Below, piece by piece: positions 17,846 to 27,391 of a stretch of DNA of 64,000 bases. The translations under genes were made by a program, and so were the position numbers. A model generated the notes under the pieces. That model was not told the DNA's origin, did no database searches, and saw only the letters and a list, made by a program, of their open reading frames with translations. Source of the DNA: a virus; IMG/VR virus record IMGVR_UViG_3300030103_005932, positions 2,628 through 66,627 of that record; one strand, given 5' to 3'. The first letter of the stretch is position 1. Each line of letters begins with the position of its first letter.

Positions 17846-18564
17846 GTAATATTTCTATAATGCCCTGCCAAATATTGATTTAAAAGTTCATGCTCTCCGG
17901 GTTCACGGTGAACCATCATGTCTGGTGTTTTACCATACTTGCTGATAGGATGATCTTTTATGGGCAAAACTCCTTGTTCGTGTTGCCATTGTATAGAGCA
18001 CCAACCAAAAGAGTTTACAAATTCATCATATTTCTTAAACAGTGATAGTCTGGGTGTTGATAAAAAATGATGATAACTGTCGTCTGCCTGTTGGAATACA
18101 ATTACACGATGTCCTCTCGATTTCAAACTATCTATCATGGCACACATACGTATCATTAGATCTTCTGTGCGATCCATTAGACTGTACATTTCTTCTTTCA
18201 ATTTTAAATTTACAAAATCATCTGTGTCCTTTTGTCGCCAATGATCAACCCATCTATGTTCGAATATTTGATTTTGAGGATTGGTCCATCTTCCTTCGAA
18301 CGATGTATCTTCGTTTTCTTTATTCTGTAACTCCAATATCGGAGCCTCTGATCTACTAATAAAGGTCATACCCAGCACATAGAGGGACGGTTCGTTAAGA
18401 TAACTGTCTTTGAGAGTGGTCCTTAATATTCTACCATTGGCACAACCGCTTTGAGATAAATCTATTGCTGAATTAATATTAAGTTTATTTGCTAGATCTA
18501 TATGTCCATTACCACTTGCATAGGTGTTCATATAACTACACCCATTTACTACTAATCTATTCAT
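17842..18564 (-). CDS. SGNH-like protein (DUF6071-like)
   Basis: NGCSY, SGCANGRILRTT, C-terminal His; start placed 5 nt after TAAATA. Confidence 0.7.
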   Translation of the reverse strand: MNRLVVNGCSYMNTYASGNGHIDLANKLNINSAIDLSQSGCANGRILRTTLKDSYLNEPSLYVLGMTFISRSEAPILELQNKENEDTSFEGRWTNPQNQIFEHRWVDHWRQKDTDDFVNLKLKEEMYSLMDRTEDLMIRMCAMIDSLKSRGHRVIVFQQADDSYHHFLSTPRLSLFKKYDEFVNSFGWCSIQWQHEQGVLPIKDHPISKYGKTPDMMVHREPGEHELLNQYLAGHYRNIT

Positions 18565-18583
18565 GATAGTATTTAACGGCCAC

Positions 18584-18616
18584 AAAAAAAGGGCGATATG
18601 ATTAGTACCGCCCTTT
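18584..18616 (-). terminator. rho-independent terminator
   Basis: AAAGGGCGGTA-loop-TATCGCCCTTTTTTT on the minus strand. Confidence 0.8.
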
Positions 18617-18630
18617 AATTAAATTATTAA

Positions 18631-19002
18631 TTACGCAGAGTAATTAATTACTTTTCTGCCTGATTTTTTTAATAATGAAATGATGTTTGATTTCATTGTT
18701 AATGCAGAAGCCTTAGGTGCTGTACCTAATACTTCAACTGTAAAATCAATACCTTTTGATAACAACTTGTTAGTCGCTGTTTTTCTTGCAGTGTTTTTTA
18801 CTGCTAGGTTTTTGAACTTGATTTTACCACCGTGTACTTCACCATTCACTTTGTATGAAGAAGCCGGCTCCGCAAATACACCAATCTGCTTCGCTCTTGA
18901 TTTGAAGTTTCTTGTGTATACAACGTATTGTGTTGAGTTTGCCATGGTTTGTTTTTCCTTTTTAGTAGAAGGAAAAAGTGTATTGAACATACTTGTTAGC
19001 AT
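18631..19002 (-). CDS. basic hypothetical protein
   Basis: own sigma70 promoter (19081-19109), AAGGA RBS and own terminator; K-rich. Confidence 0.75.
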   Translation of the reverse strand: MLTSMFNTLFPSTKKEKQTMANSTQYVVYTRNFKSRAKQIGVFAEPASSYKVNGEVHGGKIKFKNLAVKNTARKTATNKLLSKGIDFTVEVLGTAPKASALTMKSNIISLLKKSGRKVINYSA

Positions 19003-19138
19003 ATTGTTTCCTTTTCCTTTTTTGTTAATTTACGATGCGCCGGAGTTTCAATCTCTGTTATCCTACGTACCATACACACAATTATATACTAGAAAGTGTA
19101 TTAAGTCAACCTGGCTCAAAAAACCAACAATTATGCGA

Positions 19139-19558
19139 TTAGTTGTCTTTGTAATCTGGCACTGCGAAAAGGTCTATGCCTTCTTGCAGTAATTTATTGG
19201 CCTCTTCTTTGGTAGTGGTTCCATAAAACTTTTGATCACGCTTACCTTTGTGTGCCTTCCTGGCTTCTTTGGCAAAATTTTTACCAACATTCTGAAAGTC
19301 TTTCTTAATCTTCTTATTCAATTTACGTAAAATACTTTCTGCACTTTCTCCCATTACCATGTAATCATCCGGCAATTTCCTTGTACTTGATTTTTTAACA
19401 GCGGGTGCCATGATGTCTTTGCCTACATCGGCGCTATCACACATCGGACACACAAGTTGTCCTTTCTTCACCTGCTTTTCATAATCTTTGTTAGTAGGAA
19501 ACCAGCCTTCGAATTTGGCATTACATGAACTACACTTTAAGGAAAACTTGATAGACAT
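19139..19558 (-). CDS. DUF1178-family protein
   Basis: C...FEGWF, CPMCDS, IMAPAV, VGKNFAKEAR, YG..T.EEA..L.QEGI. Confidence 0.88.
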   Translation of the reverse strand: MSIKFSLKCSSCNAKFEGWFPTNKDYEKQVKKGQLVCPMCDSADVGKDIMAPAVKKSSTRKLPDDYMVMGESAESILRKLNKKIKKDFQNVGKNFAKEARKAHKGKRDQKFYGTTTKEEANKLLQEGIDLFAVPDYKDN

Positions 19559-19607
19559 ATTATTTTTATTTAATATTATAATAGGATAATTACATTTTGT
19601 CTACACT

Positions 19608-20270
19608 ATGAAACAACCAAAAGAATTCATAAAAAGAAAAAAACAAAGCAAATGGCACTGGAACTTCTGGAATAAGCGGATGGATCCAAAGATGTACAAA
19701 ATTGTTGCCAACATACAGGGCAAGTGGCCTGCTTTACCAAAAATTTTAAAAGAAAACACATTTTTGTATTCAAATCCAGTTGCACTAGCACAACAAAATC
19801 ATTTTGGTGTGGCAAACACACAAAACTATGTTGGCCTAAACCTGGACAAACACACAACAAAAAAGTATGACAAATTCATTCAAGCCACAGGGTTGAAAAA
19901 TCCTGTCGCCTATATCCACATACAGAATCCTGGTCAGATGACTATCCTGCATATGGACAATGCTAGGGCGGACAACAGACATAGCGATGAAAATGGCAAA
20001 GTGCTGACAGAAAGTCAAAGACGTGCAAGGATAGGTAGATTGTTTATCATGCTCGACGATTGGCACCCAGGCCAAGTGTTATTGATGGGTAGTGAACATT
20101 TTACTCACTGGAAAAAAGGTGATGTGATGTATTTTAGTTGGCAAGATTTACCGCATGGTACCGCAAACTTTGGGCATGACTCCCGCCCTTTATTGTTTGT
20201 CCAAGGGGAAATCACGGAAGAGTTTAAAAAACTGTTAGCCAACAAGAAAAAGAAAACTATTAAAGTATAG
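19608..20270 (+). CDS. cupin/2OG-Fe(II) oxygenase-like protein
   Basis: PGQMTILHMD...WKKGD...PHGTAN...R facial-triad pattern. Confidence 0.7.
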   Translation: MKQPKEFIKRKKQSKWHWNFWNKRMDPKMYKIVANIQGKWPALPKILKENTFLYSNPVALAQQNHFGVANTQNYVGLNLDKHTTKKYDKFIQATGLKNPVAYIHIQNPGQMTILHMDNARADNRHSDENGKVLTESQRRARIGRLFIMLDDWHPGQVLLMGSEHFTHWKKGDVMYFSWQDLPHGTANFGHDSRPLLFVQGEITEEFKKLLANKKKKTIKV

Positions 20271-20308
20271 TAGGTTGACTTTAAATTAGTCTAATATATA
20301 CTAGTGAT

Positions 20309-20449
20309 ATGAGAATAGGAACAAGTGGATATACACCAGGCAAACCCAAAAAGACTTCACAGGGTAAAAACAAGAGTCGTATCAAAATGAGCTCTATGAA
20401 CAAGCACAAGAAACGATCATACAAGTCTTATGTTGGGCAAGGAAAATAA
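20309..20449 (+). CDS. very basic micro-protein (46 aa; not in ORF track)
   Basis: MRIGTSGYTPGKPKKTSQGKNKSRIKMSSMNKHKKRSYKSYVGQGK, ATG 6 nt after the -10 of TTGACT-16-TATACT. Confidence 0.7.
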   Translation: MRIGTSGYTPGKPKKTSQGKNKSRIKMSSMNKHKKRSYKSYVGQGK

Positions 20450-20663
20450 ATCTTACGAAACAGGTTACGTTGAAGCAAAAACGTCCGGTGGTGCAGTCTT
20501 TGAAGCAGGTGTAAAGGAATCAAAAAGAAACAAAGCAATCAGGCGTATTGCACAACCTTTGACAGATAGGCATTGGTTAAACAAAGGCCAGAGCGTGACA
20601 GAACTGCACAGGATCTATAGGATTGCCGAATACCTGTACAAAAGATCGAAAAGGGCAAAATGA
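20430..20663 (+). CDS. hypothetical basic protein
   Basis: 77-aa ORF. Confidence 0.6.
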   Translation: MLGKENKSYETGYVEAKTSGGAVFEAGVKESKRNKAIRRIAQPLTDRHWLNKGQSVTELHRIYRIAEYLYKRSKRAK

Positions 20664-20830
20664 CAACACAACAAGAAATAAAATTACTAAAGGCACAGAT
20701 AGGTAATCTTGAAGTACAAAATTCTGAATACCAACAGATTGTCAAAGAACTTTCTGACAAACTGTCATTGTACGAATCAAAATATGGAACTGTCTTTAAG
20801 CCGTCTAGAAATAACGAAGTCCAAAAATAA
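20660..20830 (+). CDS. small coiled-coil protein (56 aa; not in ORF track)
   Basis: MTTQQEIKLLKAQIGNLEVQNSEYQQIVKELSDKL...; ATGA overlap. Confidence 0.6.
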   Translation: MTTQQEIKLLKAQIGNLEVQNSEYQQIVKELSDKLSLYESKYGTVFKPSRNNEVQK

Positions 20831-21242
20831 CAGCATCTTTTTTCCTGCGGAATTTAATGTGCTCGTAATCAACAATATGAACATTAAGCCTACCACCATG
20901 CTGATCGAGGATCCTTTGCACGTCAAGTGGCCTTATCGTTATCCTGTCCTCATCTGGTAGTTTTGCTTCATAACCCCAAAACATGGGCCACCAGTGACAA
21001 GGGTTCAGCGAATCATATAACTCTTTCATTATGATCATGAATATGATAGGAGTGATTGTAAAAGGCTCTAGCCACCATGGAATGATATCGAAAGTGAGAT
21101 AGTCTACAAGATGAATAAAGCCTGTCCATAAAACCAATATGCCTATTAGAATGCCCAGCATGGGCCAAAATTCGTCCTCGAAATCTACATCATGATCATG
21201 GTGAGAATAAAGTCTAATCTTCTGTTGATTACTCATTTTCAT
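20805..21242 (-). CDS. membrane protein
   Basis: two TM segments; exact start uncertain. Confidence 0.6.
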   Translation of the reverse strand: MKMSNQQKIRLYSHHDHDVDFEDEFWPMLGILIGILVLWTGFIHLVDYLTFDIIPWWLEPFTITPIIFMIIMKELYDSLNPCHWWPMFWGYEAKLPDEDRITIRPLDVQRILDQHGGRLNVHIVDYEHIKFRRKKDAVIFGLRYF

Positions 21243-21340
21243 AAAAGTATATATGTTTGCAACAGCAAACACTTCATTTACCATAAAACGAAGTAGACTT
21301 TTGCTTTTATTATGCTACAATAGATAGTAAATACCACAGT

Positions 21341-21640
21341 ATGCAAAAACACACAAAAAGCCTATTAGAAGAATTAAGTTCTATGCCTCTCAAAAGGGAC
21401 AAAGAAGAGGTGGTAGAAAGTCGTGCATCTCATATATTGGAATCTGCGATAAGGTTAATGCATTATATTAGAGAAAACTTCGATCAAGGCACAGCATTCA
21501 AACTTGAAAAGAAATTTAATTCTGCACTGAAAAATATGGATGCATCAAAGTTTTCAAAGGGCGTTGCACGTATCAAAGAAAACAAGGATCTTAAACAAAA
21601 CGTTCTCAAGATAAAAGACGGCGAATACCAAGAGGATTAG
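21341..21640 (+). CDS. conserved hypothetical phage protein
   Basis: TAAATA 7 nt upstream of ATG. Confidence 0.75.
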   Translation: MQKHTKSLLEELSSMPLKRDKEEVVESRASHILESAIRLMHYIRENFDQGTAFKLEKKFNSALKNMDASKFSKGVARIKENKDLKQNVLKIKDGEYQED

Positions 21641-21642
21641 TC

Positions 21643-22857
21643 ATGTTGATCGAAGACGTCCTAAATGAATTCAAAAGGACACATCTAGAACATATTGAAG
21701 ATATAGTACTCACAGATGGCTACGAAGGAGGTAAGGCAGTAGTAGAATATTTCCGTGGACTGTTGTTAACTCTCAAAGGCACGAGCTCTGAAGCAGTTAA
21801 AGTCTCGGTTAAATGGGATGGCGCACCTGCTGTGGTGTGTGGCGTTAATCCAGACAACGGCAGATTTTTTGTTGGAACAAAATCAGTGTTTGCCCAGAAC
21901 GCCAAGATTAACTACACCAAAAAAGATATTGCAAACAATCACGGAACCGACGATCTAGGACAAAAACTCTTAAAGTGTCTTGTGCATCTTAAGAAACTAA
22001 ACATGCAAGGTGTTTATCAAGGCGACTTACTTTTCACTGACGAGGACATCACAAGGAAAAACATAGACGGCAAACCACATTTGACTTTTACACCAAATAC
22101 TATTACCTATGCTGTACCTGAGCAACAGACATTAGGAAAGAGAATAGACAGAGCAAAAGTTGGAATAATATTTCATACAAGTTACGTTGGCGATTCATTG
22201 GCTGACATGAACGCACAGGCCGGAGCCGATGTAGAATCATTCACACAAAGTCCTGACGTGTTTTTTGACAATGCCACATACAAAGATGTATCAGGATCTG
22301 CAAAGTTTACAGACGACGAAACTGTTAACTTTGTTGCGGAGATTGAAAGACTAGAATCATTACTATCAAAAATACCTGCCAACCTATCAAACCTCTTTGG
22401 TGCCAATCAAGACTTTGTGCCTTTCTTTCAGATGTATATTAACGCAATGGTCAAACAAGGACAGTTGCCATCTAATAGCACACAGTTTATAAAAGGATTT
22501 CAACAATTTTACATAGATAGAATGAAACAACAAGCCGCAGGACTTAAAGCACAAAAGGCTCTGGCCTTACGTCAAGATAAAATAAAACAGATGCCACAGT
22601 TCCTTAACAAACTAAAAACTCCATTGACAGCAATGTTGATGTTCTATAAACAGGTGCAAAAAATGAAATCTATCATTTTACAGAAAATGAATCAAGCACA
22701 GGCTATAGGATCTTTCCAGCAGACTGACGGCGGACTACAAGTAACAGAGCCTGAAGGATTTGTAGCAGTAGATAAAACAGGCAATGCAGTAAAACTTGTT
22801 GATAGATTAGGATTTAGTAGACGTAACTTAACGGCTGTCAGCAAATTTAAGAAATAG
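21643..22857 (+). CDS. DUF6267-like phage protein
   Basis: THLEHIED, VKWDGAPA, FVGTKSVF, QGDLLF, PNTITY, PEGFV, KLVDRLGFSRRN. Confidence 0.8.
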   Translation: MLIEDVLNEFKRTHLEHIEDIVLTDGYEGGKAVVEYFRGLLLTLKGTSSEAVKVSVKWDGAPAVVCGVNPDNGRFFVGTKSVFAQNAKINYTKKDIANNHGTDDLGQKLLKCLVHLKKLNMQGVYQGDLLFTDEDITRKNIDGKPHLTFTPNTITYAVPEQQTLGKRIDRAKVGIIFHTSYVGDSLADMNAQAGADVESFTQSPDVFFDNATYKDVSGSAKFTDDETVNFVAEIERLESLLSKIPANLSNLFGANQDFVPFFQMYINAMVKQGQLPSNSTQFIKGFQQFYIDRMKQQAAGLKAQKALALRQDKIKQMPQFLNKLKTPLTAMLMFYKQVQKMKSIILQKMNQAQAIGSFQQTDGGLQVTEPEGFVAVDKTGNAVKLVDRLGFSRRNLTAVSKFKK

Positions 22858-23853
22858 ATTTAACGTATCATTAATGGCCAAACTTAATTTATCCTTATTG
22901 AAGAAATTGTCATAGTTGTGCTGTCTTAAAGCCTTGCTATGCAGATACATATCTTGCCATGGGGCATCTCGTAATCTATCGCAGACATCCACTATGGTGT
23001 CTATCCGCAGTGAAGGGTCTTTGTCAAGATCATATACTTCCTCAAAATAACTGTTGAATGTTTTGAATCCAAGTTCTCTCAATTTTTGTAGATACAAATA
23101 GTTTCCGTGCACCACAAACATCTGTTTGGCAATGATTGGCTTCCATATCTTCTCTGTCATAAAAACATCTGTGTCATTGTCATTACTCTCTGAAACGATA
23201 CTGAAAGCAGTGTCGTTGTATGGTTTTTCAAATATATCCTGATCCATTCCACGAAAGGGATAATCTTGTGCCCATGGCAGTTCATATTCGGGAGGTAATT
23301 TCCTTTCAGGCCACTTGGTATATAAACTATTATCCAGTATTCCTTTGGCCAATAATTTATTGAACAATTTGACTCTATGAGGCCTATGCATCTTGTTTAG
23401 ATACAGGAAGTCATATTTCTTGTTAGTGTGATCAAAATTGTAAGATTTGCCTTGATGTTTTCTATACATGTAATACCAGAACCAACTAACACCTCCTGTC
23501 CATTGCACATGTTCTATTTCTATCTCAGGATGCTGTGGCGTGTTCTTAATATTTTCAAATGATTCCCATGGGTTTGATTTGATGAAAACAAATCCTTGGC
23601 TGTGTAATAATTCACAACGTTTCTTTAATTCTGTATGAAACATTTTGTTGTCCTTTAACCTGTCGTTTGGCTGTCGTACATCAATTATTGCAAACCTACG
23701 GTCATACGAGTCTAGGTCGTAATTGTGTAAAGTGTAGTACTCGCCCGTCATGTCGAACTGTTGTTCTTTTAGAGTATTCATTTTAATAAAGTCTTCTAGT
23801 TCAACATGAAAACCAGTTTTCATAATATCTGTGAGAATAAAATTTCTTTGCAT
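22828..23853 (-). CDS. glycosyltransferase-like protein (GT10-like C-terminus)
   Basis: LNKMHRPHR, IVSES, FMTEKIWKP, LRELGFKTF motifs. Confidence 0.65.
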   Translation of the reverse strand: MQRNFILTDIMKTGFHVELEDFIKMNTLKEQQFDMTGEYYTLHNYDLDSYDRRFAIIDVRQPNDRLKDNKMFHTELKKRCELLHSQGFVFIKSNPWESFENIKNTPQHPEIEIEHVQWTGGVSWFWYYMYRKHQGKSYNFDHTNKKYDFLYLNKMHRPHRVKLFNKLLAKGILDNSLYTKWPERKLPPEYELPWAQDYPFRGMDQDIFEKPYNDTAFSIVSESNDNDTDVFMTEKIWKPIIAKQMFVVHGNYLYLQKLRELGFKTFNSYFEEVYDLDKDPSLRIDTIVDVCDRLRDAPWQDMYLHSKALRQHNYDNFFNKDKLSLAINDTLNLFLKFADSR

Positions 23854-23873
23854 ACGCTCTATAAATACCTATA

Positions 23874-24439
23874 TGTTAGCACCTTTTTTAAAGTATGTAT
23901 GCGAAGGCAAGGTCATTAGACGTTTTAGTGATTTACAAAGATTCAGTTTTCCCGAAGTCACTGAAAGGATATATCTCAGTTTTCTTGCACTGGCCATAAT
24001 GAGCCAGTTAAAAGATTATAAAGCATTTACCAAATTGTATGCTGACCAAACGATGCACTATGGAACGTTTGATCGTGTGAGAATGACTTACAACGATCTG
24101 GCTAATATGCTGGCAATTGTCAGTGGTGATCCAGAGATAACAAAGAAACTTAAAAATAAAAATGAAGCACAGGCCATGAGACAAAGACAACCGTTGCCTG
24201 TAATGGCTGTGCGTAGATACCTTAGAAGTTTTGAGGATCATTATGCCAACTTGTCAATGTTAGAGAGATCATTGAACATCCGAGATGCGAATTACAGAAA
24301 TCTTAGAAGATCTGTGGCCAACTTTAGAAATCTAGATTCAAAAACTAAAAGCCATGTATTAACAAAAATTAATCAACATCTAAAAGCAAAACTACCCAAC
24401 ACCGACATACAAAGAAAGTTTAAAGAAATCAATGCCTAA
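23874..24439 (+). CDS. hypothetical late protein
   Basis: TAAATA 5 nt upstream of ATG 23874. Confidence 0.7.
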
Positions 24440-24563
24440 ATCAGAAGATCGTTGCCATAGGTGCTCCTGTAAGAAACACTGTGATAATACGTGCAAGAAC
24501 TGTGAAAACTGTGAAACTTGCGATTGTGATAGTTGTCTGCAGAGATTCAACCCTGTAGGCTAA
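24432..24563 (+). CDS. cysteine-rich metallothionein-like micro-protein (43 aa; not in ORF track)
   Basis: MPKSEDRCHRCSCKKHCDNTCKNCENCETCDCDSCLQRFNPVG; 10 Cys, 2 His. Confidence 0.65.
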   Translation: MPKSEDRCHRCSCKKHCDNTCKNCENCETCDCDSCLQRFNPVG

Positions 24564-24681
24564 AATAAGCAAAAAACCTTATATTAGCGGTTAATTTACC
24601 AAAATAGATACTAAATACTTGCAACTTGATTCCGGAGCGGAGTCATAGTGTTGTAAATCAGAACAAATAGGAGGATATACA

Positions 24682-25080
24682 ATGCCAATAGCAAAAGCAA
24701 ACTTCTCTAGAAACGAAAACTACGAAGTAGGTTCAGTAGATATGAGCTTCTTCACAGTTGACTTCATCAGTGATGTATCAGCAGAGACTTCAGATTTATC
24801 TGCGTCTAACTCAACTGCAGGTTTAGAGTTAACTAGAGCAACAATCGAAAACAACGGTGTGCCAGTATTAATGGAAGGTCCATTAGTAGATTCAGACACA
24901 CAAAAAACATACGGTACTAGAACAGATTGTTTAGATTCAATCTCTGGTACTACAACTTTAGCGGCTTTACAAGCGGCTATCAGAGCAACTCACGGTGGTG
25001 GAAGAATTTCTGCAACTGTAAGTTCAGCAACAGTTACAGCGACAAAACTTGGTATCTTAACTGCGGCGGCAGTAAGTTAA
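24682..25080 (+). CDS. probable virion structural protein
   Basis: TAAATA promoter at ~24612, hairpin leader, AGGAGG RBS, S/T/A-rich, own terminator. Confidence 0.7.
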   Translation: MPIAKANFSRNENYEVGSVDMSFFTVDFISDVSAETSDLSASNSTAGLELTRATIENNGVPVLMEGPLVDSDTQKTYGTRTDCLDSISGTTTLAALQAAIRATHGGGRISATVSSATVTATKLGILTAAAVS

Positions 25081-25105
25081 TAGTTTTTAACTTAACTTTT
25101 ACCAT

Positions 25106-25141
25106 AAGGGTGGGTCTTATTTTAAGGCCCACTCTTTTTTT
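25106..25141 (+). terminator. rho-independent terminator
   Basis: AGGGTGGGTCTTA-TTT-TAAGGCCCACTCT then T-run. Confidence 0.85.
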
Positions 25142-25159
25142 ACGGCTAAATTATACTAT

Positions 25160-25792
25160 ATGAGTTTACAAACAGTATTAAACATTATGAGGTCTCCGCA
25201 GAATGCCATGAGACTCAAAGATCCTGTCATCTTTGACATTGACAAGAAGGTTGGATGGCTACATCTTACAGGCGGAGCAATGAACAGCGTGTTGGCATGG
25301 CTAAACGAATTCCATTTACATCAATTCAAAGAGATACCCAAGGACGATGTCAAAAAATACGACAGAGATATCTTTGCCATACTAAAGGAACCTGAGAAGA
25401 GATATTGGGACGGCATCACAGAATGGAGCACCTGTTGGGGCACACACGAGTGGTGGCAACACGATGACATAATGGAATGGTTCCCACACTTTGACAGATA
25501 TACACTACGTTATTCAGACATGATAGAGCAGGTACCTGATGTAAAACATTTTTTAAAAGTAGACAATGGTTTGAGTGATAAAATTGAAACACTCGCAAAG
25601 GAATATGATTTGAACTGTCCTTACGGCATAGACAAGATTCGTCCACGGTACAAGCGTGATAAAACAACAAAAAACATTCATGAGACAGTAACTCCTAAAT
25701 TCAAACAATTGGTTAACGATAGTCCCGAACTTAAAAAGAAGTTGGAAGATTATCTTGCACCTGATGTTTGGTACTATGCAAAGGCGAAATAA
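25160..25792 (+). CDS. sulfotransferase-like protein (degenerate)
   Basis: FAILKEPEKRYWDG resembles the RxPxxR motif; C-terminal Y.PD. Confidence 0.45.
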   Translation: MSLQTVLNIMRSPQNAMRLKDPVIFDIDKKVGWLHLTGGAMNSVLAWLNEFHLHQFKEIPKDDVKKYDRDIFAILKEPEKRYWDGITEWSTCWGTHEWWQHDDIMEWFPHFDRYTLRYSDMIEQVPDVKHFLKVDNGLSDKIETLAKEYDLNCPYGIDKIRPRYKRDKTTKNIHETVTPKFKQLVNDSPELKKKLEDYLAPDVWYYAKAK

Positions 25793-26265
25793 TGTACGAG
25801 TACAGAGTACATACACTCGTTGACATCACAGATAACGGTATCCTAAAAAAAGCGTTCCCCTTTAAAAGTTTGAGTGGTGATGTTATACACGACAAGCATT
25901 CGCTGGCAATGGCCCGCAACCAGAACAGCAACTTCACCACAATGTTGCAACTGCTACAAATGAGGGCAAACGTCACATGGGAACACCCTCCTAAAAGGAT
26001 GGAACTGCAAACACTAGGCAATCATGCTTTTGGGTCATTCTACGAGGGTAAGCACACAACATGGCATTTTCAGTTCTTCTCTGAACAGCCAGGTCTATAC
26101 GGCGACGATCTAGACCCTATAGCCAATATCGTTGGAGACTTCCACCAGGTGCCAATTATAAGTTTTTGTAAGGAGACTGCAACATTTCCTTTAAACACAT
26201 TTGACACACTAAATGCCGAAACTATAAACACGTACTTTTCGTATAGTGGACCAACAAATAAATAG
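25792..26265 (+). CDS. conserved hypothetical phage protein
   Basis: TLVDIT, RNQNSNF motifs; TAATG coupling. Confidence 0.7.
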   Translation: MYEYRVHTLVDITDNGILKKAFPFKSLSGDVIHDKHSLAMARNQNSNFTTMLQLLQMRANVTWEHPPKRMELQTLGNHAFGSFYEGKHTTWHFQFFSEQPGLYGDDLDPIANIVGDFHQVPIISFCKETATFPLNTFDTLNAETINTYFSYSGPTNK

Positions 26266-26308
26266 TATTTGATTAAGGCACTTTTAAAAGCAAAGGCACA
26301 ACTAGGCA

Positions 26309-26614
26309 ATGACACAGGCTCATCTACAGGCTCTAATGTTCGAGGTAAAAGGCCTCAAAAATGAGATTGAAAAATATATGAGTACAACTGAATTAGAAAA
26401 ACAAAACCTAGAAGCACACGTAGATCTCTGTGCGGAGAGATACAAAGGCCTACACGACAGGCTGTCCGCAATCGAGCACTCATTGAAAAGAATGAACGAA
26501 GATATGATTGCAGGACAAAAAAGTTCATCCAAGACAATCATAGCCACTGCAGGCACAGTGGTTGCAGGTTTACTATCAACCGTGGTAGTAATCCTTATGA
26601 AGATGCCAGGTTAA
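26309..26614 (+). CDS. coiled-coil protein with C-terminal TM
   Basis: LEAHVDLCAERY motif; hydrophobic C-terminus. Confidence 0.7.
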   Translation: MTQAHLQALMFEVKGLKNEIEKYMSTTELEKQNLEAHVDLCAERYKGLHDRLSAIEHSLKRMNEDMIAGQKSSSKTIIATAGTVVAGLLSTVVVILMKMPG

Positions 26615-26639
26615 TCATAACTAATTTTACCAATCCAAT

Positions 26640-26870
26640 ATGTACATACAGATAGCACCAAGAGTGAAAGTATATGTGTCTGCCACGGACATGGAGTTCA
26701 TTCAACGTTACTGGAAACACAGTTTCAAGGCCAGCGAACTCGAACCTGACATGCAGGATCTTGCCAAACGTCTCGCCGACAAGGCAATATTTGTAAGAAA
26801 GAAACTTGACACCGACACTCAATATGCTTTAAATAGACGCATAAGGATCGTGCGTGATGTCAAAAAGTAA
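26640..26870 (+). CDS. hypothetical protein
   Basis: 76-aa ORF in a plus-strand run. Confidence 0.65.
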   Translation: MYIQIAPRVKVYVSATDMEFIQRYWKHSFKASELEPDMQDLAKRLADKAIFVRKKLDTDTQYALNRRIRIVRDVKK

Positions 26871-27360
26871 TACAGAATTAGTTAAACAAATTGAGGCCTA
26901 TGGACTTAAGAATAAGTTACAGGACCTTGCCCGTAAGGAAGAAGCCAGAAGACCATTTAGACATCTTCCAAAGCAATTCTCAAAAGGAATATTGATTGGC
27001 AACATAGCCATTGTACCAAAGAAATGGACAGGCACACGATACGTATATGTTATAGCAGACATGATGGAGGCACGAGTATTACATGAAGCAATTAACCTAA
27101 AGCAGACAGCGATACTGGTTGCTCACTATCTCGCAGATGGCAAGACTGTTCCATCAAATTTACTTGATCTAGATGTCAAGTTCGCAAGTCAACTTTTTGA
27201 TATCCAGAGTGCTAAAAGAATGATTAAAGAGGCACAGAAATCAAAGGATGCTTTGACAGAAGACGTGTATTGGGATAGGCTTGATGCCGCTAATCATCTT
27301 GCTGATCAATGTAAGTCTAGGATACAGAGTATTTTTAACGACACATTTGGTAATCCGTAG
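26857..27360 (+). CDS. hypothetical protein
   Basis: 167-aa ORF. Confidence 0.7.
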   Translation: MSKSNTELVKQIEAYGLKNKLQDLARKEEARRPFRHLPKQFSKGILIGNIAIVPKKWTGTRYVYVIADMMEARVLHEAINLKQTAILVAHYLADGKTVPSNLLDLDVKFASQLFDIQSAKRMIKEAQKSKDALTEDVYWDRLDAANHLADQCKSRIQSIFNDTFGNP

Positions 27361-27391
27361 ACAACGAGTGCAAATTAGTGTAAAGTAATTC

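Noticed and set aside
19020-19080. Riboswitch in the leader of ORF 18631-19002
   Set aside because: Only 3-4 bp stems are visible, and they match no riboswitch consensus I know.
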